From an uncultured delta proteobacterium (lineage in GTDB: Bacteria; Myxococcota_A; Polyangia; Polyangiales; Polyangiaceae), in NCBI GenBank assembly GCA_963850305.1, contig CAWKKR010000005.1:335641-399640 (forward strand): a DNA stretch of 64,000 nucleotides. Reading direction: 5' to 3'. The notes beneath the pieces are model-generated. The model did no database searches and had not been told where the DNA came from. It saw only the letters and a list, made by a program, of their open reading frames with translations. Below are positions 20,350 to 30,255 of this stretch, piece by piece. The stretch's first letter is position 1, and every line of letters begins with the position of its first letter. Both the position numbers and the translations under genes were made by a program.

Positions 20350-20859
20350 TCAGATCCCTTTGCGCCGCTTGATGTCGTCCATCATGCGCCGGTACTCGAC
20401 CTCCCACACCTGCGTGCCCTCCTGCACGTGTTTCAGGCGTCCACGCACCTCCTGCTCGAGCTGCTCTTCCGCGGCGAATTGCTTCCGGAGGGGTTCGCGC
20501 ATGCGCAGCCGCAGGACGTGATCCTGCGCGAAGACCTCATCGACATTGTTCGAGTGCATCAGGATCTCGAGGAGCTGGTCGAGGAGGTAGTCGATGGCGT
20601 CTTCGCCGATCTTCACATGTTTCTGCTCGGCGACGAGCTTTCGCATGCGACCGAGTTCCGACTGCGGCAGCCCGCGCGCGGCGACGAGGTCTTTGGCGCG
20701 ATCGGCGATCTCCTGATCGTCGTTCAGATACTGCGCCAGTACCGCCTCGATGTCCGCCTGAACCTCGCGGGGCGACTCTGTCTCGATGTCGCCGCCATCC
20801 GTCAGGGCGCGCACCATCTCCCCGGCGACTTGGGGAATTTTCGCCCGATGCAGCCACAT
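20350..20859 (-). CDS. DUF507-family protein
   Basis: SNNVDEVFA..EVRGRLK..EGTQVWEVEY..KRRKG, matching a deltaproteobacterial/myxobacterial family. Confidence 0.7.
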   Translation of the reverse strand: MWLHRAKIPQVAGEMVRALTDGGDIETESPREVQADIEAVLAQYLNDDQEIADRAKDLVAARGLPQSELGRMRKLVAEQKHVKIGEDAIDYLLDQLLEILMHSNNVDEVFAQDHVLRLRMREPLRKQFAAEEQLEQEVRGRLKHVQEGTQVWEVEYRRMMDDIKRRKGI

Positions 20860-20977
20860 GGGGCCGATCCCTACCATTGTCAGCCCGAGAATTCCCGAGA
20901 TCTCAGACGCCCCCGGGGCCGTTTTTTCGGCCTTTCGCGTCGCAGGCCTGCCTGCACCGACAAATCGGGGGCTCGAG

Positions 20978-22102
20978 CTAGAGCTTTGGCTTCCGAGGGT
21001 CCACCGGTTCGCGTGAACCGAGCCGGAGTCGCCGGAACACGGCGTCCCGTTGCCGTTCCTTGTAGGCGCTGTGACTCGCGTCGCCGGCTTCGTTGGAAGC
21101 CTCGGTTTCGGCGTCCACGAGCTGAAACTCGCAGAGCAAATACACGACCGGTCCGAGAGGCTCGGAGCCGGGCGGAGCCAGTTCCATGAACGAGGGCGGC
21201 ACTCGCACCGGAACGTCCGAGACGAAATGAATGACCCGGTATGTCGGCGCGCTGAAGCGGTTGTCTCCGGGGGTCAGTGTGTCGTCGATGTCACCCTGGA
21301 ATTTGTCGACCATCGACCGAAGGTGAGGGTGCCCCTCGCAATAGCTCCGGAAATGGAAGATCGTGTTCGTGCTCTCCTGCGGTACCACGTAGTTGAATGG
21401 GAAGAGCCGCTCGGACAGATAGAGGAGTACCGGCAGCAGATCCTCGCGCGTCCGCGTGACGATGCGGAATCGGAGCTTGTCGTAGACGGCGGCGGCCGTG
21501 GATTCGGCCTTCGACAGGAGTTTCGTGTACGTCGAATCGAGGTTTTTTCGGCCACCCACGAACTCGGTGATCGGAAACCCCTCGCTCAGCATCGTGCCGA
21601 CGATGCGGTACACCTTCTCTTCTACCAGGTGAAAGAGGTCGCGGTCGCTGACCGGTAGACGGAAGAGGAGTTCGCGGCCCGCGAGGTGATTGATGATGTG
21701 CATCACCTTCAGGATCGCGCACGCGCACTGCTGACGATGCCCGTGGCCCGATGCGATGAGCAGCAACTCCTCGAGCGGCGCCGTCTCGACAGGCTTCGGA
21801 ATCGCGAACGCGAAGTTCCGTCTGAGGTACGCGATCGCCTGGCTCTTGATGCTCTCGGTGTAGGCGCGATCGTTCGGGTCGTCGGTGTCGAACTCGTGAT
21901 CCCGGATGAACCGGCGCACGTGCTCGGCGTCGTCGAAATTCAGCCGATGCCAATCGATGACCGAGCCGCCGCGGAGGATCAACCGCACGGACTCGAGGTC
22001 GTGCAGGTTGAATTCGTAGGTCGACTTCAGTCGCAGCGCGCCGCTGAAGGACGGCGGGCGTTCTCCGGAAGGAGGCCCCTCGTTGTCGGTGCTCATTGCC
22101 AT
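20978..22102 (-). CDS. TIGR04552-family protein (RelA/SpoT-like nucleotidyltransferase fold)
   Basis: LRGGSVIDWHRL, YDKLRFRIVT, FPFNYVVP..S.N, EFQLVD, HSAYKERQ. Confidence 0.8.
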   Translation of the reverse strand: MAMSTDNEGPPSGERPPSFSGALRLKSTYEFNLHDLESVRLILRGGSVIDWHRLNFDDAEHVRRFIRDHEFDTDDPNDRAYTESIKSQAIAYLRRNFAFAIPKPVETAPLEELLLIASGHGHRQQCACAILKVMHIINHLAGRELLFRLPVSDRDLFHLVEEKVYRIVGTMLSEGFPITEFVGGRKNLDSTYTKLLSKAESTAAAVYDKLRFRIVTRTREDLLPVLLYLSERLFPFNYVVPQESTNTIFHFRSYCEGHPHLRSMVDKFQGDIDDTLTPGDNRFSAPTYRVIHFVSDVPVRVPPSFMELAPPGSEPLGPVVYLLCEFQLVDAETEASNEAGDASHSAYKERQRDAVFRRLRLGSREPVDPRKPKL

Positions 22103-22146
22103 CGTCGAGCCATCGCCGATCGCACGGGACCGCGAGGGTCAGGCAA

Positions 22147-22326
22147 TCAGCCGTGGCCGGGGTGGGTCGTCGTCGCGTCGCCCCCTGGCCGCCTCAGCGA
22201 CAGGGTGCCGAAAAAGATGCCGAAGGTAAGCCCAATCACACCCAGCTGCGCCGTGAAATGCCCTTGGGACGCGAGGAGCACGACCAGGAGGGCCGCGGGG
22301 GCCACGTACCAGGCATTCGACTTCAT
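22147..22326 (-). CDS. 59-aa two-TM small protein (absent from the ORF track)
   Basis: ATG..TGA ORF MKSNAWYVAPAALLVVLLASQGHFTAQLGVIGLTFGIFFGTLSLRR..., co-oriented with the downstream operon. Confidence 0.5.
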   Translation of the reverse strand: MKSNAWYVAPAALLVVLLASQGHFTAQLGVIGLTFGIFFGTLSLRRPGGDATTTHPGHG

Positions 22327-22724
22327 TCGGCGGAGCTCCAGGTCTGGCGGTTATTCAAGGGCGGCCTTCAGTCCCGCTCGTGGCGAGGTAGGGCCAAGTA
22401 GTCCGATGTAGGCAAGGTCCCACGGTGTGGCGAGAAGGGCCAACTGTTATCCGGAGCTCTTTCGCGGTTCAAGCTAGAGCGTCACGTGCGCGTCAAAAAA
22501 GTGGGACCTTGGTGCGCTGGGTCTTACATGAGAATTTGGCCACTGGTTTCAGAGGGTTCTCAGTGATCTTCTCGAGTTACAGCTTCGATAACTCGGTCAG
22601 TATCGTCTCATAGAGCGAACGCTTGGCGCTCCGGCCCTAGTCCGACCCGGGCCTCCCGGTCAACGGAGCTTGTCACGTCACGGGACCTACCAACATCCGG
22701 CGCGACTAATGTTAGCGTGAAAGC

Positions 22725-23183
22725 GTGTCCCTCCGGGTCGACGCGCGCTCAGCCCTGCTGGCGCTCCTGGCGTGCGCCTGCGGTACCGTGGATCCGGGGC
22801 AAGACTTCCAGTTCGCCCAGATCTCGTACGACTCTGGCTTCTTCTACTGCAAAGTCGAGCCGATGCTCTTTGCCGACAGCTGCGGCCCGGGCGATCCTCG
22901 GCACGATGGTACGGGCGGCTGTCACTACAACGTGACCACGTTCCGGCTCACTGCGCACGCCCCCGTGACGTGCACCGGGATCGTCCCGAAGAACCTGGGA
23001 ATTCCCGCCGAAGCTCAGAGCAACTACGAGGCGGCGGAGCGCGAGATGACGGCCGATCCCGACCGCGCGCCGCTGCTCGATCGTCCCACGCAGCAGGCAG
23101 CGCACCCCCGCAAGATATTCGACATCGACAGTCCCGAGGCAGACCTCATTCGCCAGTGGGCGACGGACTACACGAGCCAATGA
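22725..23183 (+). CDS. putative lipoprotein with a C-x(n)-CH motif
   Basis: lipobox ACAC; DSCGPGDPRHDGTGGCH; HP...IRQW C-terminus. Confidence 0.7.
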   Translation: MSLRVDARSALLALLACACGTVDPGQDFQFAQISYDSGFFYCKVEPMLFADSCGPGDPRHDGTGGCHYNVTTFRLTAHAPVTCTGIVPKNLGIPAEAQSNYEAAEREMTADPDRAPLLDRPTQQAAHPRKIFDIDSPEADLIRQWATDYTSQ

Positions 23184-23929
23184 AGCTCCTCGTCATCGCA
23201 GTCACGGCTGCCGTACTGTTCCGGACGGCAGTGGCGCATGCGGACGAAGACGCATTTGCCCGCGTGGCCGTCGGGGAGACGGAGCTCCGCTCGGGGCCCG
23301 ACGTGAGTTCGCGCGTCGTTTACGTCGCGCATCGCGGGGACACGTTCGGTATCGAGGGTCGTGAGGGGACGGGGTTCTGGCTTCGCGTCGTTCTGCCGGA
23401 CGGCGGCATTGCGTACGTGCTCGGCGACACGGTCGAGCCCATCGCCGTCGACTCGAACGCCCCCGACGCCCCTTCACGCCCGGGGTTCTTCGCGCCGCCG
23501 GCGCTCGAAGGGGCGCACGGCGGATTCGCGCTGACCTTGGGCCTCTTCGGCGGAAATGGTTACACGGAGCTGAAGCCGGCGATCGTCCTGGCGCCGTCCA
23601 TCGCGATCGAGCCGTACGCGGGCGTGGTCCTGTCGGCGGAGGGACGCCGCTTCCTGTACGGTGGCGGCGGGACGCTGAACTTCGCGCCCAGCTGGGCGAT
23701 CGCGCCGTACGTGCATCTCGGTGCCGGGGGCCTCACGACGGTCCCGAACCAAGACGCACGGGTGCTCCGCGGCGGAACCATGGCTCATGCGCGTGCCGGC
23801 GGAGGATTGCTCATCTCGCTCAGGTGGAGGATCCTGCTTCGTCTCGAGGTGATGCAGGTCGTCTTGTTCGAGCCGGATTTCAAGGAGACCGCGCAAAGCT
23901 ACACGGCTGGGCTCGGCACGTACTTCTAG
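23180..23929 (+). CDS. SH3-domain protein with an outer-membrane beta-barrel-like C-terminus
   Basis: ELRSGP...WLRV SH3-like motif; amphipathic strands ending in GTYF. Confidence 0.75.
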   Translation: MKLLVIAVTAAVLFRTAVAHADEDAFARVAVGETELRSGPDVSSRVVYVAHRGDTFGIEGREGTGFWLRVVLPDGGIAYVLGDTVEPIAVDSNAPDAPSRPGFFAPPALEGAHGGFALTLGLFGGNGYTELKPAIVLAPSIAIEPYAGVVLSAEGRRFLYGGGGTLNFAPSWAIAPYVHLGAGGLTTVPNQDARVLRGGTMAHARAGGGLLISLRWRILLRLEVMQVVLFEPDFKETAQSYTAGLGTYF

Positions 23930-23940
23930 GCAAGAGCGGC

Positions 23941-24156
23941 ATGAAGAGACTTCTCACCGTCGGCGGCCTCGTGAGCCTCGTCCTGGTTTCCGGGTGCGTC
24001 ACCGTGCGGCCCGAGCAGCGCGCGATCCTCGCCGATCCGAAGATGCGCTTTCAGGGAGACCCGCGGACGGCGGCGGAGCTCGATCACGTGCTCGACAATC
24101 GTGAAGGCTCCTTCGGCGGCGGTACCGTCGAAGGGGGCGGCTGCGGCTGCAACTGA
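23941..24156 (+). CDS. DUF4266-family lipoprotein
   Basis: lipobox VSGC, V.P.QR..LADP.M, terminal GGGCGCN. Confidence 0.9.
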   Translation: MKRLLTVGGLVSLVLVSGCVTVRPEQRAILADPKMRFQGDPRTAAELDHVLDNREGSFGGGTVEGGGCGCN

Positions 24157-25400
24157 TGCGTTCGCCGCGTCTCCCATCGGCGTTCGGCGCGGCTTTCGTC
24201 GTCGGGCTCGTCGCCCCGATTGCGGCCGCGCAGGTTGCGGAGCTCGACATGCGGAGCAGCCTGTTCCTCGAGCCGTCCAAGACGAGCCACATGACCGTGA
24301 TCACGCCGTCCACGTCGGTCAGCGCGTCGCCCGCCGATTTCCTCACGCTGCACGGCGGCTACTCGGCGGACATCGTTTCCGGCGCGAGCGAGTCCGTGAA
24401 GGCAGGGCGAACGTTCGCGGACACGCCGGACATCGTCTCGGCTGCCTCGGTCCACGACTTCCGGCAGGTCGCGACCGGGGGCTTCGAGCTGCACCGCGCG
24501 CACACGGACCTCGGCGCGACGTACAGCTACGGCACCGAGCACGACTACCGATCCAACGCGATCACGGCGACGGCCGGGACCGACTTCTTCGAGCGGAACA
24601 CGAAGCTCGAGTTTGCTTACTCGCACGGCTTCGACGACGTGTGCGACCTCGCCGCGAACGCGCTGCAGGCCGTCACGGCGCGCCAGGCGCTCGACCAATC
24701 GAAGGGCTGCTTCACGAGCGACAAGACGCGGCGCTCGATCGGCGTCTCGCTGGACAACTTCCAGGGCGCGTGGACCGAGAGCTGGACACCGGTGTTCGAG
24801 TCGCAGGTGGTGCTCACCGGAGCCGTTCAGCAAGGGCTCCTGTCGAATCCGTATCGCTCCGTCGTGATCGGGCCGTCTGGCGAGACCGCGCAGGAGCATC
24901 TCCCGGACAATCGTTCACGAGGGGCCGTCGCGCTGCGGCTCAAGTACTTCGTGCGCCCATGGGACGCGTCGTTCGGGGTCGGCGGCCGTGCTTACCGTGA
25001 CTCGTGGGGCATCATCAGCCAGACGTACGAGCTCGACTACGAGCAGAGCTTGAACGCCTGGCTCCGGTTCGAGGTCGACGGCCGGTATTACACGCAGACG
25101 GGGGCCGTGTTCTGGAGCGACGACTACACCGGCGGCGAGCCGCAGGACGGTCCGCGCGGGCAATATTTCTCCGGCGATCGAGAGACGTCGCCGCTCCGCA
25201 GCGTGCTCGCGGGGACGCGGTTCACGGGAGAGTGGCACGGGCATCCCGGTGCCCGCGTGCTGCACCTGTTCCTCGACTTCGATGCGTCTCTCGGCGCGAC
25301 GTTGTTGAAGACGTACCTCGAGGACTTCACGTGGGCCGGCAGGCAACCCGACGACACGATCGCGCTAGTGTTCGGCGCGAACCTCACGGGCGGGTTCTAG
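24156..25400 (+). CDS. DUF3570-family outer membrane protein
   Basis: DIVSGAS/DIVSAAS, EHDYRS, GLLSNPYR, EHLPDNR, YRDSWGI; follows the DUF4266 gene. Confidence 0.88.
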   Translation: MRSPRLPSAFGAAFVVGLVAPIAAAQVAELDMRSSLFLEPSKTSHMTVITPSTSVSASPADFLTLHGGYSADIVSGASESVKAGRTFADTPDIVSAASVHDFRQVATGGFELHRAHTDLGATYSYGTEHDYRSNAITATAGTDFFERNTKLEFAYSHGFDDVCDLAANALQAVTARQALDQSKGCFTSDKTRRSIGVSLDNFQGAWTESWTPVFESQVVLTGAVQQGLLSNPYRSVVIGPSGETAQEHLPDNRSRGAVALRLKYFVRPWDASFGVGGRAYRDSWGIISQTYELDYEQSLNAWLRFEVDGRYYTQTGAVFWSDDYTGGEPQDGPRGQYFSGDRETSPLRSVLAGTRFTGEWHGHPGARVLHLFLDFDASLGATLLKTYLEDFTWAGRQPDDTIALVFGANLTGGF

Positions 25401-25407
25401 GCTGGGG

Positions 25408-26529
25408 CTAGAGCCCGTTCTCGCCGTACGCGTAGTCCGTGGTGTCGTTGCAGAGGCCGCAGTTCGAGCCGACCATGAGGGCGCGCGCCGCCGGATCGTT
25501 GTCGAAGATGAGCTTCCAGAAGGCAACGGTCGGCTGCGTGACGCGGTCGGGGGTCAGGATGAGCACGAGGTGGCCCTTGAGGGTGTCGGCGGCCGTGCCG
25601 ACGGGGTTGTGATAGAAGAGATAAGCGGCCTTGGGCGCTGCATCGATGGCGGTCGCCATCTGGTCCGCGGTGTAGTTCGTGACGTCCATGTCGCCGGAGA
25701 CGGCGAGGTAGGGCTTCGGAGCCGTGTCGCCCGCGTTGAAGAGGATCGCTGCCGTGACGCGGCTGTCCTGGGCCGCGATGGCTGTGGACACCGAGCCCTG
25801 CGAGTGCCCCATGACGCCGACCTTCGTCAGATCGAGGTGTCCGAAGTAAGGGCTCGACTGATCGTCGTTGGCCGCCGCGGCGAAGTCGATCGCATGCGTC
25901 TGCTCGACGCCGGTGCCGACCTCGCGCGAGTTCGCGGCGACGATGAAGAAGCCCTGCGACGCGACATACCGCAGCAGGCCGCCGTAGGACTCGGGCTGCG
26001 CGCACGTCCCGTTGGCCCAGGAGAGCACCGGGATCGTCCCCGACGGCCAGATCGCGGGGCGATAGACCGTGTAGAGTTTGTAATCGAGGCAGTCGCCGGT
26101 GTTGGGCGCCGTCGCGTTGCACGGCTGCGGTCCAGTGTCGGCTAGCTGAGCAGTCTGTGTGGGATCCTCGTGGAAGACGGAATAGAGGAAGCCTGGCACC
26201 GTCTCGGTGCCGATGCACATCGCGTCGTCCATCGGGTCGGTGTTCTCGAAGCCGGCGCCGACGTTCACGTCCATGCTCGCGCCGTACTGGCCGAGCTGGA
26301 GGTGTGTACCCGGGAGCGTGGTGAACGTGCCGCACGCCTGGGTGATGGGGTGCGCGCTGGTTTCGCTGCTCTGATCGCAGTCCATGAGCTTGACTTGCGC
26401 GCCGCTGTCCTTTTCGCCGCCCGCGTCCTTGCCGTTGCCGGCGTTCTTGTTGCTGCTGCTGCTGCAGGCCGGGAGCATGAAGCCCATCGTACAGACCGTC
26501 GCGATCGAGATGCCAAGACGCGTTCTCAT
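25408..26529 (-). CDS. lipoprotein alpha/beta hydrolase (chlorophyllase/cutinase-like)
   Basis: lipobox LPAC, WANGT, ASQGFFIVA, GHSQG nucleophile elbow. Confidence 0.8.
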   Translation of the reverse strand: MRTRLGISIATVCTMGFMLPACSSSSNKNAGNGKDAGGEKDSGAQVKLMDCDQSSETSAHPITQACGTFTTLPGTHLQLGQYGASMDVNVGAGFENTDPMDDAMCIGTETVPGFLYSVFHEDPTQTAQLADTGPQPCNATAPNTGDCLDYKLYTVYRPAIWPSGTIPVLSWANGTCAQPESYGGLLRYVASQGFFIVAANSREVGTGVEQTHAIDFAAAANDDQSSPYFGHLDLTKVGVMGHSQGSVSTAIAAQDSRVTAAILFNAGDTAPKPYLAVSGDMDVTNYTADQMATAIDAAPKAAYLFYHNPVGTAADTLKGHLVLILTPDRVTQPTVAFWKLIFDNDPAARALMVGSNCGLCNDTTDYAYGENGL

Positions 26530-26781
26530 CGAGTTCCCTCTTCCGGTAAGTGCAAGCGCACAAGCGATTGCAGATCGCCGTGTGCCATTCTCGCCAGGTC
26601 TCTGTCTAGCCCGCTGTCTTCGCCGTCGACGCCAACTTTCATACCCGCGTGGTCACATTCGTGCCTTGTCGGAACTTTCCGGTATCACTTCTTCGCTCGC
26701 CGCGAAGTGACGCTCGAGGACAGGAGTCTGGCGTCCTCGGTGATTGGAGCGGCTCGCTGGCCGGACTAGGCTGGGACCATC

Positions 26782-27966
26782 ATGCAGCAGCTTTTGTGTG
26801 GCTTGGTCAGCACGCGGGCAGGTTTGATCCTGGCGGCGTTGATTCCGGCGCTTGCCGGATGTTCCGCCTCGTCCTCGACGGGGCTGGGCGGCACACCCCT
26901 CTCGGGGACGGGCGGAAGTTCCGGGATCCTGTTCGGAACCGGTGGGAACGGCTCCGGAGACGCGCCCGGCAGCGGCTCGTTCACGGGATTCGGCGGCGAG
27001 GTCACGACGATCCCGACCTCCATCGACGCGGGCTCGTGCGGGTACGGCGTCGGCGCCGAGCAGATCCCGGTCGACGTGTACATGATGATCGACCAGTCGC
27101 TCTCGATGACCGCGTCGGATCCGAGCGGAGGGACTCGCTGGAGCGGCATCGTCTCGGCCATCACGCAGTTCGTGCAATCTCCCCAGAGCGCGGGAATCGG
27201 CGTCGGAGTGCAGTACTTCGGGCTCGGCGGACTCTTCGCGTCGTGCACGCCGGCCGATTACGCGAACCCCGAGGTGGAGATTGCGCCCTTGCCGGGCAAT
27301 GCGGCCAACATCGTGACCTCCCTCGGCAATCACGGGCCCTCGTCGACCACGCCGTCCGAGCCGGCCCTTCAAGGCGCGATTAACCATGCCATTGCTTGGA
27401 AGGGGTCGCACCCAGGTCACACGGTGGTCGTGCTCCTGGTGACGGACGGAGAGCCCGACACCTGCGACACCGGAACCGTCGCGGGCGTCGCCAGCATCGC
27501 GGCCTCAGGCGTGTCCGGAACGCCGTCGATCCCGACGTACGTGCTCGGCGTCGGGCCGTCGCTGACCGACCTGAATACGGTCGCCGCCGCGGGTGGTACC
27601 GGACAGGCATACGTCGTGAGCAGCGCGAGCGGCGTTGGGGACGCCGTCGTCGCGCAGCTGAACAAGATCCGCGGCTCGGCGGTGAACCCCTGTGAATTTA
27701 CGATCCCGACGCCGGCGGCGGGACAGACCTTCAACTACAGCCAGGTCAACGTCATTTACTCGTCGGCAGACGGCCAATCCCAGTACATCTACAACACCCC
27801 CGACGTCTCCAAGTGCGACCCGACGGATCTGGCCTGGTATTACGACAATCCCACCGCGCCGACGAAGATCACTCTGTGCGACGCCACTTGCCAGACGGTG
27901 ACCCAGGGCGGCGGGAGCGTTAATTACCAGCTCGGTTGCCCGACGAAACCGGTGCCGATTCACTAG
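26782..27966 (+). CDS. von Willebrand factor A domain lipoprotein
   Basis: lipobox LAGC, MIDQSLSM MIDAS motif, TP, VTDGEP. Confidence 0.88.
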   Translation: MQQLLCGLVSTRAGLILAALIPALAGCSASSSTGLGGTPLSGTGGSSGILFGTGGNGSGDAPGSGSFTGFGGEVTTIPTSIDAGSCGYGVGAEQIPVDVYMMIDQSLSMTASDPSGGTRWSGIVSAITQFVQSPQSAGIGVGVQYFGLGGLFASCTPADYANPEVEIAPLPGNAANIVTSLGNHGPSSTTPSEPALQGAINHAIAWKGSHPGHTVVVLLVTDGEPDTCDTGTVAGVASIAASGVSGTPSIPTYVLGVGPSLTDLNTVAAAGGTGQAYVVSSASGVGDAVVAQLNKIRGSAVNPCEFTIPTPAAGQTFNYSQVNVIYSSADGQSQYIYNTPDVSKCDPTDLAWYYDNPTAPTKITLCDATCQTVTQGGGSVNYQLGCPTKPVPIH

Positions 27967-27970
27967 GGTG

Positions 27971-28437
27971 GGGGGTCTTGACCCCCGCGGCTCGCTGCGC
28001 GCCCGCTCCCCCGCCGTTTTCCAACGGGGGTCTTGACCCCCGCGGCTCGCTGCGCGCCCGCTCCCCCGCCGCCTTCGGCGGGCTCGTGTTCGCAAGGGGG
28101 TCTTGACCCCCGCGGCTCGCTGCGCGCCCGCTCCCCCGCCGCCTTCGGCGGGCTCGTGTTCGCAAGGGGGTCTTGACCCCCGCGGCTCGCTGCGCGCCCG
28201 CTCCCCCGCCGCCTTCGGCGGGCTCGTGTTCGCAAGGGGGTCTTGACCCCCGCGGCTCGCTGCGCGCCCGCTCCCCCGCCGCCTTCGGCGGGCTCGTGTT
28301 CGCAAGGGGGTCTTGACCCCCGCGGCTCGCTGCGCGCCCGCTCCCCCGCCGCCTTCGGCGGGCTCGTGTTCGCAAGGGGGTCTTGACCCCCGCGGCTCGC
28401 TGCGCGCCCGCTCCCCCGCCGCCTTCGGCGGGCTCGC
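27971..28437. repeat. tandem array of a 70-bp palindromic REP/BIME-like unit (about 6 copies plus 1 partial)
   Basis: TCTTGACCCC recurs at 28031, 28101, 28171, 28241, 28311 and 28381 (period 70) and at 27976; the unit contains GGGGGTC-TT-GACCCCC and CCGCC-TTC-GGCGG hairpins; it sits between convergent genes. Confidence 0.95.
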
Positions 28438-28552
28438 TTCGCTCGCGTAGTGCCGTTCGTTTCATCGCTTACGACGCTCGGGCCCTCGCTCCGCGCGGCG
28501 CGTTGGCGCGCTTCTGTCGAGCTCCGGCGCGCGGGCTCGCGCGTGCCCACCT

Positions 28553-30019
28553 TCACTTGTCTTCGTGGAAGTCTCCGACGCTCGGGAGGTTCGACTGGAG
28601 ACTCGCGAACTGGGCGTCGCGGTTCGCGCACATGAGGGTCTCTTCGAGGACGGCGGTGCCGACGTAATCGAGGTCGGTCACGCCGGTGTGCCAGTCGAAG
28701 CCGTTCGCGCCGCAGTCGAAGAGAGCGGGGAGACCGATGACCGCGACCGCATCCACGCCGCAGACCCCGTCGTTGTGCGCGACCTGGATCGCGTTGTTGC
28801 CCTGCGCGTTCGTCTGGCAGAGATCCGTCGGTGTGAGGTGGCCACCGTTGGTGACGCCGACGAGACGCTTCTTCATGCCGGGCGTGCCGGGCGGTCCGGC
28901 GGAGTTGTTGTACGCGTCGGTGATGCTGCCGGCGTTCGCGTTCGGGCACACCACGTCCCCCACGCCGAGGCCCGCCGAATAACCGAAAACGGTGTCGGAC
29001 ATGCCGGCAAAGTAGAGCGTGGACTTCAGCGTGGACGAGGCCGGAGTCGGCGCCGCGCTGTCGAGGGGCATGACGACCTGGACGTTCGGGTCGCTTGCGA
29101 GGCCCGCCACGGTGCACCCGCCGACGCTGTGTCCGGCGAGCGCGATGCGGTTCATGTCCACGTGCCCGGCGAGGAACGCAATGCTGCCCGACGGATTATC
29201 GAGGGCCGTGATCTGCGTCTGAATGTCTCCCGAGTAGTCCGCGCTGCCACTCGGCGTGCAGTTGCACTGGCCCGTGGAGCAGAGCTGGTCGGCGAGGAAC
29301 AAGCCCGGGTAATCCGCGGCGACCACGACGAATCCGCGGCTCGCCCAGAGCGTCATCGTCGAGCCAGAGGCGATGCGGAACGAGGCGGTGCCGTGCATGA
29401 AAATCACGACGGGGTAGGGGCCGTGCGCGGCGTCAATCGGAATGCCGCGGAACAGGTTTCCTCCGAGGGGCTGCACGGCGGGCGACTGCGAGTCGGGGAT
29501 CTTGGAGCGTTCCGCCACCGGGAGCCAATCGCGGACGTCGTAGGTGACCTCCGGCTGACCTTGTCCGCTCCCGGGGGCGCCCGGATAGAGGACTTCCACC
29601 GTCAAGCGCCCGATGGTGACGGTCTGCACGCCGACGACCCAGGGGCCACGCACCGACGGGTCGTCGGGAACGGGGAGCATGCTGTCGCCCGAGCAGCCGA
29701 TCGCCGTGCCGCCCGCGGAGCCGCCGCTCCCTGACGTGCCGCCATTGCCGGCGCCACCGTTGCTCTGTGCCGCGCCGCCGTTCCCGTCGCCGCCGTTACT
29801 CTGCGAGAAGCCGCCGTTGCCCTGCGAGGAGCCGCCCGCTCCGGGGTTCGTCTGAAAGCCGCCTGCGCCGGGGCCGCTGCCTCCCTGGGGGAAGCCGCCC
29901 GAGCCGAATGCGCTTCCCGCGCCGGGATATCCGCCGGCGCCTTGGGTTCCCGAGGGCGTCGAGCCGCCCGCACAGGCGACGAGCGAGAGACCGGCGACGG
30001 CGATGAGGAAGCGCTTCAT
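28553..30019 (-). CDS. lipoprotein alpha/beta hydrolase with a Gly-rich linker
   Basis: lipobox LVAC, PYPVVIFMHG, ASRGFVVVAAD, GHSVG. Confidence 0.82.
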   Translation of the reverse strand: MKRFLIAVAGLSLVACAGGSTPSGTQGAGGYPGAGSAFGSGGFPQGGSGPGAGGFQTNPGAGGSSQGNGGFSQSNGGDGNGGAAQSNGGAGNGGTSGSGGSAGGTAIGCSGDSMLPVPDDPSVRGPWVVGVQTVTIGRLTVEVLYPGAPGSGQGQPEVTYDVRDWLPVAERSKIPDSQSPAVQPLGGNLFRGIPIDAAHGPYPVVIFMHGTASFRIASGSTMTLWASRGFVVVAADYPGLFLADQLCSTGQCNCTPSGSADYSGDIQTQITALDNPSGSIAFLAGHVDMNRIALAGHSVGGCTVAGLASDPNVQVVMPLDSAAPTPASSTLKSTLYFAGMSDTVFGYSAGLGVGDVVCPNANAGSITDAYNNSAGPPGTPGMKKRLVGVTNGGHLTPTDLCQTNAQGNNAIQVAHNDGVCGVDAVAVIGLPALFDCGANGFDWHTGVTDLDYVGTAVLEETLMCANRDAQFASLQSNLPSVGDFHEDK

Positions 30020-30255
30020 GAACGACCCTTCGGATGCGGTGACGGTGACCTTCGAGCGATGCGGGATGCAGCGCATCGGCGTGAACTCGGATGTGGGAAA
30101 AAAGCACAGGGCCAGCGGGTCGGCTAGAGTCGGTACCGCTCAGAAGCCTGCTCGGCGCGCTCACTCTCGGAGACGGGTCCGTATTTCGTGCCAATCAGTT
30201 CCGTATCGCTCGGGATTTGTCCGGTCCTCGCGCGCCGGACTACGTCTCGAGTCGC

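Noticed and set aside
27971..28437. CRISPR array
   Set aside because: Units are identical end to end with no unique spacers, and there are no cas genes. The same applies to 46574-46880 and 47545-47987.
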